IMG/VR virus record: IMGVR_UViG_3300048849_000035 | Coordinates: 1-43,451 of that record | Length of the DNA stretch: 43,451 nucleotides | DNA from: a virus | Taxonomy: Duplodnaviria > Caudoviricetes | Direction: 5' to 3' (one strand) | The notes under the pieces: generated by a model | Database searches by the model: none | What the model saw: only the letters and a program-made list of their open reading frames with translations | Told to the model about the DNA's origin: nothing | Made by a program: the position numbers and the translations under genes | In this document: piece by piece, positions 36,883 through 43,451 of the stretch | Position numbering within the stretch: the stretch's first letter is position 1 | How the letters are laid out: each line of letters opens with the position of its first letter

Positions 36883-37080
36883 CCGCATCTGTCGCAAGAC
36901 CCGGCGAGGTAACCGTGCCGGTCAAACTTGAAGCCGCCTGCGATAACCGGGCCGCTCCTGAACGGAACCACACACGAGAGCATGAACGGGCCGCCTAGCG
37001 TGGCCCTGGATTGCTCCGCCCGATCCTCTCCCTTGGCGGAGTGGCTCCGGTGGTGCAACCTCTCCTCGTGAGACGCTCAC

Positions 37081-37278
37081 ATGACCTACAGCAACCGCAA
37101 GGTTGGCGGCATCCGCTTCGTGAAGCTGGGCCGCCTGCAACTCTCCTTCTGCGTGACCAAGGCCGCTCCGAAGCAGGCCGACCGGGCCGCCAAGCGCCCC
37201 CTGGATCACGCTGGGCTGGCCCTGGACGGGCTGGTTCTCGCCTCCTGGGTGGCCGTGGCCGCCGTCTTCTTCTCCTGA
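37081..37278 (+). CDS. Early hypothetical protein, 65 aa
   Basis: MTYSNRKVGGIRFVKLGRLQLSFCV; hydrophobic C-terminus. Confidence 0.7.
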   Translation: MTYSNRKVGGIRFVKLGRLQLSFCVTKAAPKQADRAAKRPLDHAGLALDGLVLASWVAVAAVFFS

Positions 37279-37298
37279 AACCGAACGAGAACGACGCC

Positions 37299-37544
37299 AT
37301 GACCCCCGAGCAAGCCGCCCGCGTGGACACGCACAACGGCACCCTGACCTCCCTGGATGGCCAGACCTTCCGCTACGTCCTCGAGACCCGGCGGCGCTGG
37401 AACATCGGCCTCCGTAAGCACGTCAACGAGTTGACCGGACGCCTTCACGTCACGTCCCCGGACGGAACGGGCCGCACGTTCAGCGGGTGGGCGGACGTCT
37501 TCCCCTGGGTCGAGAAGGCGGCCCGCTGGGCGCTCCAATCCTGA
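37299..37544 (+). CDS. Early hypothetical protein, 81 aa
   Basis: MTPEQAARVDTHNG...WALQS; ATG 37299. Confidence 0.7.
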   Translation: MTPEQAARVDTHNGTLTSLDGQTFRYVLETRRRWNIGLRKHVNELTGRLHVTSPDGTGRTFSGWADVFPWVEKAARWALQS

Positions 37545-37546
37545 CA

Positions 37547-37610
37547 ACCGCCTGACGAGACCCTGAAGGGTCGAAACCTAGGGTGCCCTCGGGCGCCCGA
37601 TGGTCGCGGT
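37547..37610 (+). ncRNA. Type I hammerhead ribozyme
   Basis: Stem I ACCGC/GCGGT; CUGACGA 37552-37558; stem II GACCC-TGAA-GGGTC; GAAA 37573-37576; stem III with GGGTGCC/GGCGCCC; GUC triplet 37603-37605. Confidence 0.88.
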
Positions 37611-37660
37611 GCTGCCTGCATGGTGCGGGCGGAACGACACCGCATCTGAGGAACCGAACC

Positions 37661-37741
37661 ATGAAGCTGGTCTTCGTGAAGGTTCTTCAGGTGCTGGGGT
37701 GGGAAGTGAGAGTGGAAGTCTCACTGTCCCGTAAGCCCTAG
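37661..37741 (+). CDS. Putative 26-aa micropeptide
   Basis: GAGGA SD; MKLVFVKVLQVLGWEVRVEVSLSRKP; followed by a long GC hairpin. Confidence 0.5.
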   Translation: MKLVFVKVLQVLGWEVRVEVSLSRKP

Positions 37742-37822
37742 CGTCCTGAAGGGGCCAGGGGTGGCCTAAACGCTGCCCCTGGTTCCCGGAAGGATGCCCC
37801 TCCTCTCCCTGGATTTCAAGCC

Positions 37823-38173
37823 ATGTCCTCCATCTACGAGCAGCACACCGCCGCCTTCGCCCAGGTCTCCGGTTTCGTCGTCATGGACGGCGCCGAGCGG
37901 GTCGCCACGGTGGGCCTCAAGTTCCCCAAGGACGGCGCCGGGCGCCTCTGGGCCTACGTCCACTGGGTCGGAACGCCGATGGTCCGGGGCAGCGCCGGGG
38001 GCTACGGCTACGACAAGCGGAGCGCGGCGGTGGCTGCGGCGGCGGGCAAGCTGTCCGATGCGGACGCCACGGGGCGCTTCCACGACTTCAAGGCCGCCGC
38101 GATGAAAGACGGCGGGTGGGGCTGGACGCGGAACCTTGAGAAGGCGGGCTTCACGGTCCTCCAGGCGGTCTAG
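37823..38173 (+). CDS. Early hypothetical protein, 116 aa
   Basis: Strong codon bias; GSAGGYGYDKRSAA motif. Confidence 0.8.
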   Translation: MSSIYEQHTAAFAQVSGFVVMDGAERVATVGLKFPKDGAGRLWAYVHWVGTPMVRGSAGGYGYDKRSAAVAAAAGKLSDADATGRFHDFKAAAMKDGGWGWTRNLEKAGFTVLQAV

Positions 38174-38314
38174 CTGCGCCCTGATCCCTCCTGAACCGGC
38201 GAGGCTCCCTCTGCGGAGCCTCCTGGCGACCCTCCTGGCAGCCATCGGGGCGCGTCTCCGGTGGCTCCTAGGTGAGCCGCTCCTGGCCACTCGAACGCAC
38301 CCGAACGGTGACCC

Positions 38315-38767
38315 ATGCAAGTCCGCATCTACCGCAACCTCACCCGCTCCTGCCTGAGCATCCAGGCGAAGACCGCCAAGGGCTGGCGGGTGATCGCCCA
38401 CGCCTCCGCCGCCGAGCTTGAGGGCGTCTCCTTCGAGGTCAACGAACGGGTGCGCCAGCGCGTGCTGGCCACCGGGCACAAGGAAGTCCACGCCTACGCG
38501 GTCGGCACCCTGGTCGGCTGGACCGGCTCCCTGGTGGTCTCCCATGAGGCGCCTGAGGCGGCAATCCTGGCCATCCGGGCGGCTCCTCCGGTGCCTGAGT
38601 GGGCCTTCCCCGTCTCCTACAACCCGCGCCGCCAAGGCGCCTTCCACCGGGTGACCGGGCGCCCCTATGGCGACCCCTCCCTGCGCGGCTGCGCTTGGCT
38701 CTGCATGTCGCCCGTGAAGATGGGCGCGGTGGGCCTCCGCTACGTCGATCCGGCGGGCAACGGCTGA
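38315..38767 (+). CDS. Early phage hypothetical protein, 150 aa
   Basis: VRIYRNL..SI..VIAH..F.V..RQRV..KEVHA..SYNP pattern recalled from phage hypothetical proteins. Confidence 0.8.
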   Translation: MQVRIYRNLTRSCLSIQAKTAKGWRVIAHASAAELEGVSFEVNERVRQRVLATGHKEVHAYAVGTLVGWTGSLVVSHEAPEAAILAIRAAPPVPEWAFPVSYNPRRQGAFHRVTGRPYGDPSLRGCAWLCMSPVKMGAVGLRYVDPAGNG

Positions 38768-38768
38768 G

Positions 38769-38855
38769 ATGGCCCGCGCCCTCCTCTGGCTCTCCGCTTG
38801 GCTGCTGGCCTGGGGCGCGATGCTCCACCAGATCGGCCTCCTGAACCTCCGCTAA
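38769..38855 (+). CDS. Putative 28-aa membrane micropeptide
   Basis: MARALLWLSAWLLAWGAMLHQIGLLNLR, starts 1 nt after the upstream stop. Confidence 0.55.
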   Translation: MARALLWLSAWLLAWGAMLHQIGLLNLR

Positions 38856-38883
38856 CCCTCCCTCGCACGAACGAGACCGACCC

Positions 38884-39063
38884 ATGACCATCGCCAAGGC
38901 CCAGGCCGCCGCGCGCCATTACGGCTGCTCCATTCGCTCCTCCAACGGAGAGTTCCGCGTGAACCTCTCGGGCGGCAAGGAAGCCACCGCCTACTACACC
39001 AACTGCCTGGACGACGCGGTTGCCACCGCCCGCGCCATGGCCCTCGAAGCGAAGGGGGCCTGA
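38884..39063 (+). CDS. Early hypothetical protein, 59 aa
   Basis: MTIAKAQ...GEFRVNL...ATAYYTNCLDDAVATARAM. Confidence 0.7.
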   Translation: MTIAKAQAAARHYGCSIRSSNGEFRVNLSGGKEATAYYTNCLDDAVATARAMALEAKGA

Positions 39064-39066
39064 GCC

Positions 39067-39312
39067 ATGAGCTTCCGTGACCTGCTCCCGCAGCTGCTGC
39101 CCATGATGACCCTGCAACACGCCCGCGACATCGCGGACATGAGCATCGTGGCGGGCCACCGCTGCGCCTCCCGAGACCGCGCCTTGCGCGCCATTGAGGT
39201 GCTGGAGGAGCACCAGAAGAACGTCGAGGACATCCGCCGGGCGGGCCAGCTTCGCGCCCTGCTGGACGTCACCCTGGCGCCCACCGCGTGGCCGAACCAA
39301 TGGCCGACCTGA
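39067..39312 (+). CDS. Early hypothetical protein, 81 aa
   Basis: AAGGGGG SD; tight packing. Confidence 0.65.
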   Translation: MSFRDLLPQLLPMMTLQHARDIADMSIVAGHRCASRDRALRAIEVLEEHQKNVEDIRRAGQLRALLDVTLAPTAWPNQWPT

Positions 39313-39386
39313 TCGTGTGGCTGCTGGCCTGGGGCACCTTCCTGGCCGCCTTCTTCTGCTTCACCGCCTGGATGTACGGCTGGTGA
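39300..39386 (+). CDS. Putative 28-aa membrane micropeptide
   Basis: MADLIVWLLAWGTFLAAFFCFTAWMYGW; TGATG coupling to the next ORF. Confidence 0.55.
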   Translation: MADLIVWLLAWGTFLAAFFCFTAWMYGW

Positions 39387-39538
39387 TGGCCCCCGAGCAA
39401 CTCGCCGCCGAGATCGAGCGCGCCAGGGCGGAGGTCTTCCGCCTGGAATGCGCGGACGACCGGGCCGCCCTCAACGGCTCCCTCGGGGCCGCCTACGAGC
39501 GCCTAGCGCGCCTCCAGGCCCTCCTCGCCTCCTCCTGA
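39386..39538 (+). CDS. Early hypothetical protein, 50 aa
   Basis: MAPEQLAAEIERARAEV...LLASS. Confidence 0.6.
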   Translation: MAPEQLAAEIERARAEVFRLECADDRAALNGSLGAAYERLARLQALLASS

Positions 39539-39648
39539 CCCTCACACCCGCGCGCTGGGCCGCTCCTGGCGCGCGTAGTGAAGGCCCGGCCTTCCATCCC
39601 TCGGCGCCCGAAGTGCGCCCGGATGCCTCCCCTACCGGAACAACTCCG

Positions 39649-40593
39649 ATGCCCAACCTGAACGACCGCCACCTCCCGCGCCACATGCTGGAGGCTCTCC
39701 GCGACCCCGCGCAGATGCACCAGCCGCGCGCCATCCGCCCTCGCAACGAGATGCGCATGGAGATGCCGCCGCTGCGCCTCGCGGGCTTCCTGCGGTCCCG
39801 CATGGACCACGCCGTGGCTCACGAGATCAAGGTCAAGCGCGTTCGCCTGGGCGGCGCGGCGATGCCTGAGGCGGACCACTTCGACCCTCTCGGGCGTCCC
39901 CTGGGCGGCGGCCTGCCGCTCTCGCCGGTCTCCTACGGCGGCCTGACGCGGTCCTCCAGGCGGAGCGCCCTGCGCCGGTCTGAGCGCCCCGTGTCGAAGG
40001 ACTTCGGCGGCGAGTGGGCGGTAGGCGAGCGCGTCCACCGGGTGGCCTCCTTGGCGGAGCTTCAGAACCGCCTGAGGGCGCGAGGCTGGGAGCAGGTCGG
40101 CGCGGGCTACTACGGCACCGCCCACGCGAAGGGGGGCCTGGTTTGGAAGATCAGCAGCCGCCACGATGACGGATACAAGGTCTGGGCGTGGATGGTCCTC
40201 ACCGGCAAGCTGGCCCACCGCTGCGCCAACCTGCCGCGCATCAAGCTGATGCTGGTGGATGATACGGGCGCCTGCGCGGTGCTGATGGAGCGCCTGGACT
40301 GCACCCTGGGCGAGGCGATCTTCGGCCAGAAGCCTGCGCATACGCGCCACCACCGCGCCGCCATGGCCTTCGAGGCGGACCACGACAGGTTCCACTACAA
40401 CGGAAAGCTGACCGGGTTCGACCCGAAGCACGCCGAGATCTTCCACATCCTGCGGCTGCTGCGCCTGGGGATGCAGGGCAGCGAGCAGTTCGAGGGCGCC
40501 GAACGCCTCACGCGCCACTCCGAGGACTTCCACAGGGGCAACTTCATGCTCCGCAAGGACGGCACCGTGGTCATCACCGACCCGATCTGCTGA
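39649..40593 (+). CDS. Ser/Thr protein kinase (T7 gp0.7-like)
   Basis: VGAGYYG glycine loop, VWK lysine, NLPRI, DFHRGNFM catalytic loop, VITDP; early-region position. Confidence 0.85.
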   Translation: MPNLNDRHLPRHMLEALRDPAQMHQPRAIRPRNEMRMEMPPLRLAGFLRSRMDHAVAHEIKVKRVRLGGAAMPEADHFDPLGRPLGGGLPLSPVSYGGLTRSSRRSALRRSERPVSKDFGGEWAVGERVHRVASLAELQNRLRARGWEQVGAGYYGTAHAKGGLVWKISSRHDDGYKVWAWMVLTGKLAHRCANLPRIKLMLVDDTGACAVLMERLDCTLGEAIFGQKPAHTRHHRAAMAFEADHDRFHYNGKLTGFDPKHAEIFHILRLLRLGMQGSEQFEGAERLTRHSEDFHRGNFMLRKDGTVVITDPIC

Positions 40594-40638
40594 CCGCCTG
40601 AGCTTTCCCTGAACCCCTCCTGAGATCGAGACGATATC

Positions 40639-40797
40639 ATGCCGGAATATTACAAAGTCCTGATTTTCGCGAACCACCGTTCGCTCAAGCCCATGCACGA
40701 GACGCTGATCGCGGCGCGGACGCGCTCCGAGGCGAACCGCATGGCACGGGACGCAGCCCAGGCGGTCGGCGGCTCCTACTTCCGGGTTGAGGCGTGA
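40639..40797 (+). CDS. Hypothetical protein, 52 aa
   Basis: MPEYYKVLIFANH...SYFRVEA. Confidence 0.6.
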   Translation: MPEYYKVLIFANHRSLKPMHETLIAARTRSEANRMARDAAQAVGGSYFRVEA

Positions 40798-41257
40798 TCT
40801 CTTGCGCCTCCCTCCGCCGCCCAAAACGGGCAATGCGGTCCTGTCAACCCTGGGACGCATCTATAGCAACCTCCCGCCAGACGCTGTGGAATGCAGGCGT
40901 CTAGTGATGGGGGAGATCATCCGGGCGGAGGCAACTCCACCGGGTGGTTTGGTGCCGGTTTACGTCGTCGGAAAGACGCGCATTCCGGTTGAAATTGCGC
41001 TAAACCCAACGCGCTACCACGAGTCGAGACACCCTAAGTGCCACAGGCACGCACCCATTCGAGAAACCCTGGCGGTCGTTTTCAGACCACACCTCCAGAG
41101 GCTCTCGGATGGGATAAAATCCCTCCTCTTCAGCAAAGGCTCTGCCTCGGGGAAAGTTCACATTTCGTTGACTTCCCCTTATTCGCATGCCAAAAACCTC
41201 CCACCGGACGTGGAGACACCGTCTCCCCTTTCGGAGCGTCTTTCCGAAAATTTATGA
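40787..41257 (+). CDS. Doubtful ORF in a lower-GC segment
   Basis: ORF track only; atypical codon usage. Confidence 0.25.
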   Translation: MRRDLLRLPPPPKTGNAVLSTLGRIYSNLPPDAVECRRLVMGEIIRAEATPPGGLVPVYVVGKTRIPVEIALNPTRYHESRHPKCHRHAPIRETLAVVFRPHLQRLSDGIKSLLFSKGSASGKVHISLTSPYSHAKNLPPDVETPSPLSERLSENL

Positions 41258-41283
41258 CCTTGGGACGGCACGGCCGGGACAAA

Positions 41284-41553
41284 ATGCGCTCCATCTTCTT
41301 CCGCATTGCGAATGTTGAGTTTTTTGCTGAGTGGGACGGCATCCATGCCTCGGAGCCGTCTGGAATGCGTGTTTTGCATGACGGGGCACTGTTGAAGCTT
41401 GGCCGTTTTGCCGTAGTGGTGAGCCGGACACCCCCTAAAGGACGTGCAGAGACATGCCCAACACCCCTAAGCCTCGCGCTGTCGGGAAGCTGGTCGCCTT
41501 GTTTGACCTGCTTCGCGATCTCAACCCCGAGATGCCCGCTCAGTCTGCTCTGA
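41284..41553 (+). CDS. Possible small protein upstream of the repressor
   Basis: MRSIFFRIANVEFFAEWD...LLKLGRFAVVVSR looks protein-like; 3' end overlaps the next gene by 100 nt. Confidence 0.4.
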   Translation: MRSIFFRIANVEFFAEWDGIHASEPSGMRVLHDGALLKLGRFAVVVSRTPPKGRAETCPTPLSLALSGSWSPCLTCFAISTPRCPLSLL

Positions 41554-41795
41554 CGCTGCTCTTGGTTGCGCAGTCGCCAGGGATTGCGATTGGCGAGCTT
41601 CAGCAAAGGCTCAACGTCGCATCTTCAACGATGTCGAGAAACATCTCGATAATGTCGGAGCATCGCGGCAAAGGCGAGGCCGGTTTGGGCCTAATCGAGA
41701 CCCGAGAAGATGTAATGGATCGCCGTATAAAGCGCGTCTGGCTGACCGCTCGCGGCGAGAATGTCCTCAACCGCATATCGACATTATTTGAATGA
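41454..41795 (+). CDS. MarR-like winged-helix regulator (putative prophage repressor)
   Basis: PGIAIGELQQRLNVASSTMSRNI HTH; GLI..REDVMDRRIKRVWLTARG wing; adjacent to integrase. Confidence 0.9.
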   Translation: MPNTPKPRAVGKLVALFDLLRDLNPEMPAQSALTLLLVAQSPGIAIGELQQRLNVASSTMSRNISIMSEHRGKGEAGLGLIETREDVMDRRIKRVWLTARGENVLNRISTLFE

Positions 41796-41805
41796 GAGGT
41801 ATTGC

Positions 41806-42822
41806 ATGGGCATCCGCGCGCGCGGCGCCGTATTCACCGCCGACATTGCAGTAAAGGGCAAGCGTTGGCGACGAGACTTTCAGACTAGGTCCGAGGCCGA
41901 GCAATGGTTCTTAGAAAACCTCGCTCGCGCCAAACGGGGGGAAACACCAGACCTCGGAGAGGCTCCTACTGAGCGCAGCGCAGCTGCCGTAGGAACCCTC
42001 GCGATGGCCCGAGACGCCGCCGACGCCCGTTGGTGGCACGACAAGCGCAGCGTGGTCCAGATCAGGCGCCACGCTGCCGAGGCGGTCGAGCACTTCGGTG
42101 CGGACACGCCCTGCTCCGAGATCACGACCACCAAAATCGACGCCTGGGCGGACCAGCTGCGCGCCAAAGGCCTCGCAGGGAGCAGCATCAACCACCGCAT
42201 GGCGGTGATCTCCAAGATGCTCCGCGCCGCCGCCCTCAAGGGCTGGATCACCGCCAAGCCGGTCATCGAACGCGCCACCCCGGCGCCCGGTCGGCTGCGA
42301 TGGCTGTCCGAGGAAGAGGAGGAGCGGCTGCTGGCCGTCATGCTCCGCCACGGGTGGCTCACCGAGGCTCGCCTGACCCGCTTCCTGATCGAGCAAGGCG
42401 CCCGCGTGAGCGAGGCTCTGGCACTCGTCGAGAAGGACTTCGAGGGGCAGCGCCGGGTCACCTTCTGGAAGACCAAGAACGGCAAGCCGCGCACCGTACC
42501 GCTCACCAAGCGCGCGCTGGAGTACCTCCCGGCGTTCACCGGGCGTCCGACCGAGAGCGTCTTCAAGCTCTCCTACGGCGGCTACTACCACCGCTTCCTC
42601 AAGGCGGTCGCGGAGGCGGGTATGGGGGACGACGTGGTGATCCACACGCTCCGCCACACCAGCTGCTCCCGCAAGGCGCGCGACGGGATGCTGATCCTGG
42701 CCATCAAGGAATGGCACGGCCACTCGTCCCTGGCGGTCACCGAACGCTACGCCCACCTCGCTCCGAGGATGCTTGAGGGCGAGCTTGAGCGGCTCGAAGC
42801 TGCTCTCATCCGGGCCGCGTAA
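41806..42822 (+). CDS. int: Tyrosine integrase
   Basis: GARVSE (R), KTKNG (K), HTLRH (HxxR), GHSS (H), ERYAH (Y); GAGAGG SD before ATG 41806. Confidence 0.96.
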   Translation: MGIRARGAVFTADIAVKGKRWRRDFQTRSEAEQWFLENLARAKRGETPDLGEAPTERSAAAVGTLAMARDAADARWWHDKRSVVQIRRHAAEAVEHFGADTPCSEITTTKIDAWADQLRAKGLAGSSINHRMAVISKMLRAAALKGWITAKPVIERATPAPGRLRWLSEEEEERLLAVMLRHGWLTEARLTRFLIEQGARVSEALALVEKDFEGQRRVTFWKTKNGKPRTVPLTKRALEYLPAFTGRPTESVFKLSYGGYYHRFLKAVAEAGMGDDVVIHTLRHTSCSRKARDGMLILAIKEWHGHSSLAVTERYAHLAPRMLEGELERLEAALIRAA

Positions 42823-42884
42823 ATCCGTTTCAGACGGTAGACTTCCGACCTCTCCACCTGTAAATCCGCTCCATGTCGCAGGCG

Positions 42885-42928
42885 TGTCTCGCTGTCTCAA
42901 CTTGAGACAAACCTGTGCCATGGAGACA
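42885..42928. repeat. TGTCTC/GAGACA motif cluster, candidate arm-type sites
   Basis: TGTCTC 42885, palindrome TGTCTCAA-C-TTGAGACA 42893-42909, GGAGACA 42922. Confidence 0.55.
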
Positions 42929-42938
42929 CCTCCACTCT

Positions 42939-43023
42939 GCCCGAGTGGCGAAACGGTAAACGCAGCGCACTCAAAATGCGCCGTCTTTTCATAGACTTGT
43001 CGGTTCAACTCCGACCTCGGGCA
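42939..43023 (+). tRNA. Phage-encoded complete tRNA-Leu(CAA), CCA not encoded
   Basis: Acceptor GCCCGAG/CTCGGGC-A; D arm GCGAAACGGTAAACGC; anticodon arm GCGCA-CTCAAAA-TGCGC; variable arm GTCT/AGAC; T arm GTCGG-TTCAACT-CCGAC. Confidence 0.93.
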
Positions 43024-43044
43024 TTCCCATTTTTCAACTCAGGT

Positions 43045-43103
43045 CGGACTCAAAATCCGCTTCTGGTGACAGAGTGTCGGTTCGAGTCCGACCACCCGCA
43101 CCA
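43045..43103 (+). tRNA. attR core plus 3' half of host tRNA-Leu(CAA)
   Basis: CGGACTCAAAA-TCCGC, variable arm, GTCGG-TTCGAGT-CCGAC, CACCCGC-A-CCA; complements 435-472. Confidence 0.95.
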
Positions 43104-43126
43104 AATCTTCCCGGAAAAGGTGCCTT

Positions 43127-43451
43127 TTGCTGCGGACCTACCTGCCGCTGCTGGCGGCAATCGTGCTGGAGGTCATCGCCACCTCCGCGCTCCAGGCCTC
43201 TCAGCAATTCACCCGGCCATGGCCGACGCTGCTGATGGCGCTGGGCTATCTGGGCGCATTCTTCTTCTTGTCCCTGGCGCTGCGCGGCATTCCCGTCGGC
43301 ATCGCCTATGCGATCTGGAGCGGGCTCGGCATCGTGCTGATCTCGGCCGTGGGCTGGATCGGCTTCGGGCAGAAGCTGGACCTGCCGGCCATGATCGGCC
43401 TCGGCCTGATCCTGGCCGGGGTGCTGGTGGTGAACCTCTTCTCCGGCAGCG
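43127..43451 (+). CDS. Host SMR-family (EmrE/QacE-like) transporter, truncated by the window edge
   Basis: MLRTYLPLLAAIVLEVIATSAL...IPVGIAYAIWSGLG...GLGLILAGVLVVNLFS with the conserved TM1 Glu. Confidence 0.92.
   Translation, partial: MLRTYLPLLAAIVLEVIATSALQASQQFTRPWPTLLMALGYLGAFFFLSLALRGIPVGIAYAIWSGLGIVLISAVGWIGFGQKLDLPAMIGLGLILAGVLVVNLFSGS

Larger units (their letters stand above)
462..43055 (+). mobile_element. Temperate T7-like (Autographiviridae-type) prophage; excised circle would be 42,583 bp
   Basis: Direct repeat CGGACTCAAAA at 462-472 and 43045-43055 splits a tRNA; T7-type gene set and order, integrase and repressor, all on the + strand. Confidence 0.97.

Noticed and set aside
36876-36905. 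TTGACA as a -35 box
   Set aside because: No -10 at 16-18 nt; better explained as part of boxA.
473-43044. tRNA intron explanation for the split tRNA
   Set aside because: The insert is a whole phage bounded by an 11-bp direct repeat with an integrase.

Overview
The window holds a complete, apparently intact ~42.6 kb temperate T7-like (Autographiviridae-type) prophage, 462-43055. It sits in a high-GC bacterial chromosome (probably alphaproteobacterial, by inference) between cysE and an SMR transporter gene. It integrated in the anticodon loop of the host tRNA-Leu(CAA) via an 11-bp core, CGGACTCAAAA, and does not repair that gene. Instead it carries its own full, diverged tRNA-Leu(CAA) 21 bp from attR. 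Prophage gene order is RNA polymerase, replication genes, virion genes, lysis and packaging, genome-end region, early genes (including a gp0.7-like kinase), MarR-like repressor, integrase, tRNA. Main observations: (1) the disrupt-and-replace tRNA integration, which also cuts the RNAP gene off from the early operon; (2) at least four genes with good Shine-Dalgarno sites but near-cognate starts (ATC, ATC, CTG, ATA), including DNA polymerase and holin; (3) a canonical hammerhead ribozyme in the early region; (4) four tandem phage-promoter-plus-hairpin units behind the RNAP gene; (5) an RcGTA-like head-spike gene pair; (6) a recurring intergenic CTCC-N6-GGAG palindrome, a candidate operator. All calls come from manual motif reading and recalled family knowledge; no searches were run.
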